A DNA stretch of 44,114 nucleotides from positions 1-44,114 of the forward strand of contig JAUCBJ010003481.1 of the NCBI GenBank assembly GCA_032718475.1. The letters run 5' to 3'. Below are positions 34,696 to 44,114 of the stretch, in pieces (within the stretch, counting starts at the first letter, position 1; every line of letters starts with the position of its first letter). The position numbers were made by a program, and so were the translations under genes. The DNA comes from Nemertoderma westbladi (Eukaryota; Animalia; Xenacoelomorpha). A model generated the notes under the pieces. The model was given only the letters and a program-made list of their open reading frames with translations, was not told where the DNA came from and did not search any database.

Positions 34696-34754
34696 ATTAT
34701 ACTCCTTAAAAAACGAAAAATATATTATGTTTTTCGTTTTTTAAGGAGTATAAT
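34696..34754. repeat. Perfect 25-bp inverted repeat with a 9-nt loop
   Basis: ATTATACTCCTTAAAAAACGAAAAA - TATATTATG - TTTTTCGTTTTTTAAGGAGTATAAT. Confidence 0.92.
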
Positions 34755-37121
34755 TTAATTATTACGTCACATTACTTGGAGATTAATGAACTGGGTGAGA
34801 GTGAAGTAGGAAAGGATTATCGATATTTCAGATCTGGAAATAAAGCAACACAATGCCAAATACTTCATGTATTTAGGACTTCCCTTACCACCAACGCGAT
34901 CAACCTCAAAGCCCACCTCCTTCCTAAATCTCTAGCTAATGTGTCTAGAATGGAGCTGCGGGGCTTTACTGTAGACTCTGTTCCGCTTAGAGTGGTATCA
35001 CGGATATGGCAGACTATATGCACGGCAGCTATTCTCTATGGTTGTGTTTTACAGAGGTAAAAGTTATTTCCAAACAGATACGCAAAGCAACCAGGAGGCT
35101 GGCCACTCAGAGTATCTAACTACGTTAAGAGGGAAGTACTGGCAAAGTTGACAAATGGGGTAGAAAATGAGGTCATGATTCAATTGCGCCTGTCAATTCG
35201 CCTGTCAAATAGGTCAATAGAACTATCTATAATATATTTAATTGTCAGAATAATAAGATCATGTACCTATTTAACTTCCTTTTATGCAGTCATCTTGACG
35301 GACAATACTCAGGGGACATTTTTAATCAATATACGAAAATTTCATGAGACTATGACCTTCCGAGCTTGGCCAATATATCAGTTTCTAGGTATAGCGTGAA
35401 TACGATCGCCAAGAAGGTGCGCAATTGCAGCAATCTATTGATGTCTGACCATTACTTATATCAGTATATTTACACTCAGAGCTTATTAAACTCATTGAAA
35501 AGTACCCACTTTGTAAGGCATGCAGCCATTCTGGATTTCTAAGGCATAGGTGTTTCAACCAATATCATGGACAACCCGGTTAATGATGTAGTTCAGAGAG
35601 AGACCATAGCCAATATACGGGCTGAATTGGGTTCGTCAACCCACCTCGTTAATCAACCAGAACTCCCCGATTTACTCCCCGACAGGCCAAACTCAATCTA
35701 AAGGTACAAGAGACTTGTACATTGGGAATTGATTATTAGGTATCTTTATTCTATATAGCTTTCTTATGCAATTCATCAATCATATGACTGATGACTGTTG
35801 AATTATTGTCAATTAATTATAATTATTGTTTGATCCGTCAATTGTCAATCCGACCATTTTATTTATTTGAGACCAGTATGCCGAATATAGCCACCGGGGC
35901 GCAAGTCAGGAAGGTAAATAAATAATGCACTAACCTTTCATTATAGCGAGTGGTTAAATACGGCCAAGTACAGTAGGGTTGAGCACAGTGGCAGTAGATT
36001 ATGGTATTGAGAGTTGGGAGGCCATGAGGAAGTAAATTACGGACATACCAGGTATCAGTATTTGTGGCTAGAATGTTAGAACGCAAATAAGTTGGTCAAT
36101 CATGGATGAAATGGATGTTGCTGCACGTGTGAAATTAGCCTTTTAGATTACTTATTTTACTAATTTTAAGCTCAAAACACCATTTTTTATTGATAAAGTT
36201 GGTTACGATATAATATTGCCTGTTTCAGTTAAGCCATGTTTTACTGAGGGTTTTAACGTCCAATCAGTGCCATTATACACATATCCTACCTCCCATTGGC
36301 TGTATCATTCTATTATGGTTAATTTAATATATATAGCTTGGTTGGTTGGATGCTGGCTCACTGTACATGTTGCGTTGCAGTGAAATTACACCTCACATGC
36401 AGGGCTTTAATGAGCTAGTCAGGTTTTAATGACTGGCAAATATTACATGTCCTGGTCTAATGTCTAAGTCTAATTGTTAATAATTGAATTATATTTATCC
36501 GTTATTTTATTGATATTCTGCTAGTAAATTCAATGTGCTGCTATTATTTGCTTAATATATCGCCGATATTACGGAATCAAGAATGTTTTACACGCGCCAC
36601 AACAGGTGGGTCACTATAATTAAGAATCAGTGATAATCTGGACAATTGTATCAGATTTGTGTGTTGTCTTACCTCTGATTTACTAAATAATTAATATATG
36701 GCGATATTTCAGACCATTATTATAAGCAAAGCTCTTATCATTAATTATATCATGATTGAAGTAGTCACAAGTTGAATACTGTAGCGATATCAATATAATT
36801 AGACCAAAGACAAGTTACAATACGTTTCCTCTAAAGGGAAACACAGTTGCCAGATTTGAGTCCTTACAGAATTAATTAGTCAGACATTTGCTTGTTATAC
36901 TGTATTGCCACACCCTCCCGGTATCATATCTCAGTTAAATCAATAGATAATCAAATACCGTACCGAACTAAATAAAATATAGAGCAAATCAATGCATGAA
37001 GGGAAAAAGGGGTCAAATAAACAGATACATTGAGTGGCCCTTCGTTGAAGGTCTACTAGCGCATTCCGTTCTTTGTATCAGACTAGATGGTTAAAGCTTA
37101 TCTGCATGTATTTACATCATT

Positions 37122-37760
37122 ACACGAAGTGGGGACTTCGCGCAGCACGAAGTTGGCGAAGCCTTAGCGAATTGACACTGTTAGGGGGTGGGTCAATTTA
37201 TGCAAATAGTTGTCGTTGTCACGTTGGCCCTCTAGCGGCAGACTGGAGAACTGCAGATGGATTCGCCTCCTTTGAAAGTCACAGCTAATGGTCTAATACA
37301 TATCTGCCAAGTTTCAGCTTAAACGGATTAAAAGCAAAGAAATGGGAGGGCATTTAATGTTTAGACATGTGGCCCTCTAGCGGGAGACCATTGCACTGAT
37401 GGTGTCTGAAAGTCTCTCAAAAATCTCAACTTTTGCTCATATTGATACCTACAAATTTTCAACTTGGCAGCTTTAAATCCGACAAAGTTATTAGCATGTC
37501 AAAATCGTAACGACGACGACGACAACGACGACGACGACGACGACGACAACGACGACGACGACGACGACGACAACTATTTGCATAAATTGACCCACCCCCT
37601 AACAGTGTCAATTCGCTAAGGCTCCGCCAACTTCGTGGCTCGCCCCAACGACGACGACGACAACGACGACGACGACGACGACAACTATTTGCATAAATTG
37701 ACCCACCCCCTAACAGTGTCAATTCGCTAAGGCTCCGCCAACTTCGTGGCTCGCCCCACA
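37122..37760 (+). mobile_element. HINE/pearl-like non-autonomous element with a duplicated right end
   Basis: 5' hairpin CGAAGT-GGGG-ACTTCG; ~70-bp inverted repeat (37146-37220 vs 37568-37638); two TGGCCCTCTAGCGG core units; (CGA)n microsatellite; the right module is repeated at ~37650-37760. Confidence 0.75.
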
Positions 37761-37809
37761 AGGTCACAATATATGAAATTGAGATTGAAAGAACATATTT
37801 TTTATCAAA

Positions 37810-38533
37810 TGTGCTAACAGTAATATTTGGCTCTCAACCCCCCTCGAGTGTTTTGATTTGCTTATTTGTTCTATTGATGTGCTTATTTTCTCTGATTTCG
37901 ACTGACCATCTTAATTAGTAGGAATTTTGTGCATAAATATTTATCGATTAATATTCTAGATCTGGTCCGTTTATTGTATTTTTGGTAAATATTCTGCAAG
38001 TATTTGATAAACTTATTTACTGGTGTATAACTGGAGAGTGTAAAGGAGTACTTTATATATCGTTATTCATAATTGGTGTATTTGTTGTTTTTTGCTTTCA
38101 CGTATTGGTGAATTTTGAACATTACATGATAGTGCCCTATGTGTTGTTGGATCTTGATAGACGTAGATGTTCGCTTTCTACTGTTAGTCGGGTACAATAG
38201 GTAAATTCCTGCGGCAATAATTCTAGATTGGTCGGGTCAGATAATAGACGGAATCTCATATTTGCCGTAAATCATCTTACTGCAAGTCTGCCTACTGTGA
38301 ATTACCGGTATCTGATTGCTTGGCTTCATAGTGTATTAAGTAAATGCTTAATTGTTTTTTAGGCCTCATTTTACCCCTTATCTTATTCCTATTTCGATTA
38401 TTGGAACATATAAAGTTATTTATTTCCTTGTGGGTGGAAATAATCCTTTATTCCTGACAAATTACCTTTCATACTTGGTTTTACGGAATTAAATTGCAGA
38501 AGTACGACTGGCCCATCAAAAATATCCACAACA
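37810..38533 (+). repeat. Possible 5' LTR of the BEL/Pao element
   Basis: TGT..AACA followed by TAGTC (possibly a decayed TGG- PBS) upstream of gag. There is no second LTR in the window to confirm it. Confidence 0.25.
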
Positions 38534-38824
38534 TAGTCTCTGGATGAATCATGGGGCACTTTCGTTTCTTCAACCTTACTTACTAGTTCGAATTTTTCAG
38601 TCGATCGGAACCACTTTATGCTGTCTTAGCCCGTCAACAGTTTGTTATACCCTATACTCGGCAAAATAACTAAGAGTCCTAGCTAGCGTATGTGACAATC
38701 CCGGGGACGCATTCTACGAACCGTATCTATTGTTTTTATTTGTGCTATTAATGTTTGTCTCTTGACTGCTATACTGACTGCCTGACTGCAACAGGCTATA
38801 TTGTGATATTGTCATTATCCAGCA

Positions 38825-41800
38825 TTGGATAAGTTTTTTCCATTACATTCTGCCACCTCTGATGAATTGACAGCATTGAAAGTACCAGCTGATCCCACAG
38901 ACCTTAGTAAAGTGGGAAGGACCCTACGGGGATTTCAGACGGGTTTTGCTAAGCAAATCGCCAGTTTTGAAACCACCTTACAGGACCCAAACATAGACAA
39001 TCCTCCATCACTCTTTTATGACATAAAGGAGAGAATAATCCGTATCAGGATAATCCTCTCCACCTTCTATCACTCCGCCATCCGGACTGGAGCTGCAGTG
39101 ATAGAAACTGCAGCCAATGAAAACATAATAATATTCGCTCAGTCGGCGCGTACTTGCCTCTCCTTCCAAGGCGAATCCCCTCGTCCTGAAACTCTGGATT
39201 CTGACCATCCATCCCTGATCGATACCCGTGACATTGAAGGATATACGCAGACTGAACCCGAGACTCAAATGGGACAAGAAGATGCGATCCGTAATGAGAA
39301 GTAATCCGTAATGAGGAATGTTAACGTAGATCGATTATGGACCGGGACCTAGAGAAAAATAAAGGTAAATTAAAACAACTACAGGATCGGGCAGAGGATG
39401 AACGCTTACAATGTAAATATGAAGCTGAGGAAGCGGAGGAACGAAAACGCGAACTAAGAGCGGAGAAACGAAAACGCGAACTGGAAGCGGAGGAACGAAA
39501 ATGCAAACTGGAAGCGGAGGAAATCAGTTTCTGGCGGAACAAAAAAGAAAGCAGAGTGAGAGGGAGCAAGAGAGCATATTGAGAGAGATTGAATCAATAG
39601 AAAAACAACTGTCCGATTCCCAATCAAAGAAAAACAGGACCAAACAACTCGATTGCTATACTTCCTCCGACGAGTTCGATAAATTATCAGACAAATCTTG
39701 AACTTCTAGAAGCGGACAATGCTTAGAACGGGCTGAACGTCATCGCATGCCAGAACTGCCACCCCCACACCCTGCTAACTCCGTCAAAAACATCAACGAT
39801 CTTAGAACTGACTCTAACTCGGATTTTTTCAGACCAATGAACACCCCTCTTGCGGTGCTAAATATTGTTCCCCGTATATTAATAAACCCCTCTAAGCCGA
39901 ATGTAACATCTGCGGCTAATGCGACCCAAACCAACTTTACATCCATTGGTATTTCGACAACTACTGTAGAAAGTAGCCAGGCAGTCAGTTTACAGCTCAA
40001 AACTTCTACAGTATATAGGGATAGAATAGTTACGCCTACAGTTCGACCTAAACAGGCGCAACAAATTCCACTGCTGGCAGACAGAATGTCCAGCACTGCT
40101 TTCACCCACCCACTAAACACTCACACTCTGGGTCCTAGTCTGTCCCCCATCATCGACTCCCGTGATGGACATTATGCCGCCTCCAGGCCGGTTGTATCCA
40201 TCGGCTCGGTCGAGTCGATGAGTGATGCGGGACCCATTGGGGCAAAAGAGAGAGTCGCCCGGGCGAATGAGGACTCCCTTTATATGGAAAGATTAAACGA
40301 ATCCTCATTAAATCTGCAAGCTACGCAGGAGGCAGTAAATAATAAAATGAAACAATTAAATAATATCGATTTTGAATTAAATCGATTAAAAAAACAACGT
40401 GAGATACTGAAAATATCAACAATCTTTATAGACCCCCCCAGACTAATGTAGGCCCATGTGATAACTCTACCTTTAATACTATGTTTAATAGTACTATAGC
40501 CCAAGATAGTTTCACCCGACAAGTAGCGCGTACTGAAGCGCATCAAGCAGTTAAAGTAGGTGAAATTATTAAATTTGATGGAAATGAGTTAAAATGGCTT
40601 CTATTTAGAGAATATGTAAAAGGCAGTATATTTAGTTCACCATTACCATTACCTAATAGCGAGAAGCTGTGCTTCTTAATAGATTGTTTGGAAGGTTATC
40701 CGAAAAAATTAGCGCAAAGATATATCGGACACCCACAGGAATTGGAAGAATTATGGAAACTGTTACATATGAGGTACGGAGATAAAGCTTCAATAGCCCA
40801 ATATCTGTATCAAAAGTTGGTCAATCGTAAATGTGTGATAACTATGGAAATGATTGAATTTGTTGACGAGATTAAGGAAATCTGTAGACAACTAGATTGG
40901 TTGGATAAACACGAATATTATGATACCCCCATAGTAGTTGGTATGATTTCTGCAGTCCTACCTAAGGGTAGTATATCTACACGATGGGACCGCAATGTGC
41001 TAAATGCTAAACTTAGTGGTAAACCAGCTTTAGGCATGAAGGAATTCCTGGAATACCTCGATCATGAATCCTCATTGCTGATGATTACCCAGCGGCGCGA
41101 GCATTACCTAGATTCGAAATCCGACAAAGCAACCCCAACTAGACGTCTGGAGCAAGTTTATTAAACTGATCTATCAACCTGTGAGGAGGAATCTGAAGAA
41201 AGTGAAAACTCATATAATATCTCGGATAGCCTGAAACGGAGCAACCAACAGCGTAAATGCCTGAAACAACTAAAACCTATAATTAAATCAGCGACCTATA
41301 ACGCTGGCTGTTTATTATGTAGTAAAGAGTCCCATAGGCTCCCGCAGTGTCCAGACTTTATTGGAATGTCTTTGGAAAAATGGAGAGAAACTATAACCTC
41401 TTTAAGTGTATGTTTCCTGTGCTTGTGCGCCGGACACAATAGAAGCAAGTGTTATTTACGGGACACCTACAAATGTGTTAAGTATAATGGAAAATATCAC
41501 TACCTATAGCATCATTAGGATATAGACCCCCATGTGGAAATAAAGGTTCAATTTACCGATTATTCCCCTTATGACATGAGGGGAAGTACCGAACAGGAGT
41601 TCTATACGGACGAGTTCTCTATGGACGAGGAAAGTTGCAATAATGTAGAATGAGAGGGAGCAAGAGAGCATATTAAGAGAGATTGAATCAATAGAAAAAC
41701 AACTGTCCGATTCCCAATCAAAGAAAAACAGGACCAAACAACTTGATTGCTATACTTCCTCCGACGAGTTCGATAAATTATCAGACAAATCTTGAACTTC

Positions 41801-44114
41801 TAGAAGCGGACAATGCTTAGAATGGGCTGAACGTCATCGCATGCCAAAACTGCCACCCCCACACCCTGCTAACTCCGTTAAAAACATCAACGATCTTAGA
41901 ACTGACTCTAACTCCGATTTTTTCAGACCAATGAACACCCCTCTTGCGGCGCTAAATATTGTTCCCCGTATATTAATAAACCCCTCTAAGCCGAATGTAA
42001 CATCTGCGGCTAATGCGACCCAAACCAACTTTACATCCATTGGTATTTCGACAACTACTGTAGAAAGTAGCCAGGCAGTCAGTTTACAGCTCAAAACTTC
42101 TACAGTATATAGGGATAGAATAGTTACGCCTACAGTTCGACCTAAACAGGCGCAACAAATTCCACTGCTGGCAGACAGAATGTCCAGCACTGCTTTCACC
42201 CACCCACTAAACACTCACACTCTGGGTCCTAGTCTGTCCCCCATCATCGACTCCCGTGATGGACATTATGCCGCCTCCAGGCCGGTTGTATCCATCGGTT
42301 CGGTCGAGTCGATGAGTGATGCGGGACCCATTGGGGCAAAAGAGAGAGTCGCCCGGGCGAATGAGGACTCCCTTTATATGGAAAGATTAAACGAATCCTC
42401 ATTAAATCTGCAAGCTATGCAGGAGGCAGTAAATAATAAAATGAAACAATTAAATAATATCGATTTTGAATTAAATCGATTAAAAAAACAACGTGAGATA
42501 GTGAGTGAACAAAATCAGCAGGCATTGGAAAAGCAGCAACAGCAGCGGCGACAACTACAACAACACTTAAAGCAGTTGTATCACGAAGCCGCCAACAACG
42601 AGCAATCGCGGATTAGGCAGCATCGACGTTTGCAAGAGTTGCGAGGTGAATCTGTACAAGCCGCCAAGGTTCTAGAGGAGCTACACCAAAAGCTGGCTAA
42701 TTCTCAGGACCTCCTGGCCTCGAACAACGCTGCTGTGGTCATGAACCCGGACTCTCCTGAGTATCAAATCTTAAAGAGAGCCTCTAATATAAACGGCGTT
42801 GAAGCTGAAAATATGTCATGCCCACCTATCTCACCCAATGTTAGAAACCCTGAGTATAACACAGGGATACAAAATGACACACAAAATATCAACAATCTTT
42901 ATAGACCCCCCCAGACTAATGTAAGCCCATGTGATAACTCTACCTTTAATACTATGTTTAATAGTACTATAGCCCAAGATAGTTTCACCCAACAATTAGA
43001 GCGTACTGAAGCGCATCAAGCAGTTAAAGTAGGTGAAATTATTAAATTTGATGGAAATGAGTTAAAATGGCTTCTATTTAGAGAATATGTAAAAGGCAGT
43101 ATATTTAGTTCACCATTACCATTACCTAATAGCGAGAAGCTGTGCTTCTTAATAGATTGTTTGGAAGGTTATCTGAAAAAAATTAGCGCAAAGATATATC
43201 GGACACCCACAGGAATTGGAAGAATTCTGGAAACTGTTACATATGAGGTACGGAGATAAAGCTTCAATAGCCCAATATCTGTATCAAAAGTTGGTCAATC
43301 GTAAACGTGTGATAACTATGGAAATGATTGACTTTGTTGACGAGATTAAGGAAATCTGTAGACAACTAGATTGGTTGGATAAACACGAATATTATGATAC
43401 CCCCATTGTAGTTGGTATGATTTCTGCAGTCCTACCTAAGGGTAGTATATCTACACGATGGGACCGCAATGTGCTAAATGCTAAACTTAGTGGTAAACCA
43501 GCTTTAGGCATGAAGGAATTCCTGGAATACCTCGATCATGAATCCTCATTGCTGATGATTACCCAGCGGCGCGAGCATTACCTAGATTCGAAATCCGACA
43601 AAGCAACCCCAACTAGACGTCTGGAGCAAGTTTATTAAACTGATCTATCAACCTGTGAGGAGGAATCCGAAGAAAGTGAAAACTCATATAATATCTCGGA
43701 TAGCCTGAAACGGAGCGACCAACAGCGTAAATGCCTGAAACAACTAAAACCGATAATTAAATCAGCGACCTATAACGCTGGCTGTTTATTATGTAGTAAA
43801 GAGTCCCATAGGCTCCCGCAGTGTCCAGACTTTATTGGAATGTCTTTGGAAAAACGGAGTGAAACTATAACCTCTTTAAGTGTATGTTTCCTGTGATTGT
43901 GCGCCGGACACAATAGAAGCAAGTGTTATTTACGGGACACCTACAAATGTGTTAAGTGTAATGGAAAACATCACTACCTATAGCATCATTAGGATATAGA
44001 CCCCCATGTGGAAATAAAGGTTCAATTTACCGATTATTCCCCTTATGACATGAGGGGAAGTACCGAACAGGAGTTCTATACGGACGAGTTCTCTATGGAC
44101 GAGGAAAGTTGCAA
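38825..44114 (+). mobile_element. BEL/Pao LTR retrotransposon gag region, pseudogenised and tandemly duplicated
   Basis: Coiled coil (EAEERKRELEAEERK); DUF1759-like KFDGNELKWLLF..EKLCFLIDCLEG..LWKLLHMRYG; three zinc knuckles CLLC..H....C, CFLC...GH....C and CVKCNGKHH; no pol in the window. Confidence 0.88.
39557..44114 (+). repeat. Near-identical tandem duplication: copy 1 39557-41650, copy 2 41651 to beyond 44114
   Basis: Offset is 2094 at the start and 2474 at the end. Copy 1 lacks 42501-42882 (replaced by CTG); copy 2 has one extra A at ~43176-43182. Confidence 0.95.

Larger units (their letters stand above)
28600..35830 (+). mobile_element. Decayed RTE-X-like LINE, split by an opposite-strand LINE at ~29377-33287
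   Basis: ORF1 remnant 28654-29010 (VYVSGLP..VKVTV..MWPG..VREF); APE start LKIVTFN**GYIRNK..DILILQEHWL at ~33300; NYRGVAI; QGVHQGSILAPFLFNVYI..YGDDILLIA. Boundaries are approximate. Confidence 0.75.

Noticed and set aside
36524-36605. Possible GPCR exon 4 (AG..open frame..G|GTGGGT)
   Set aside because: The translation has no TM4-like hydrophobic segment or conserved Trp.
37459-37767. Protamine-like Arg-rich ORF
   Set aside because: Translation of the (CGA)n microsatellite and the duplicated element end.
37982-38200. Hydrophobic 72-aa ORF as a GPCR TM exon
   Set aside because: No class A motifs (CWxP, NPxxY); T-rich sequence in the probable LTR/leader region.
38859-38885. CTGATGA..GAAA as a second hammerhead
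   Set aside because: No convincing stems I-III, and it lies in gag coding sequence.

Overview
AT-rich genomic DNA from an animal, most likely an invertebrate (inferred from GT-AG introns, a rhodopsin-class GPCR and metazoan transposon families). The only host gene I can support is a + strand class A GPCR resembling TRH receptors, with three coding exons (19053-19167, 27488-27627, 28008-28176) covering TM1-TM3 and the ERY motif; later exons were not found. The rest is nested mobile DNA: an apparently intact L2/Crack-type LINE with a PHD-finger ORF2 running off the left edge; Helitron, CRE, RTE, L2 and RTE-X remnants; a TTAA piggyBac deletion derivative; tRNA-derived SINEs; Helentron-associated (HINE/DINE-like) elements; mini/microsatellites; and a tandemly duplicated BEL/Pao gag region. 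The most notable observations are: (1) a 1.75-kb TIR element with an 8-bp TSD carrying an intronless ALDH3-like fragment; (2) a 287-bp insertion with a 14-bp TSD carrying a minimal type I hammerhead ribozyme; (3) an RTE-X-like element whose AUG-less ORF2 follows the ORF1 UAG in frame. Family assignments come from motif recognition by eye, not database searches.
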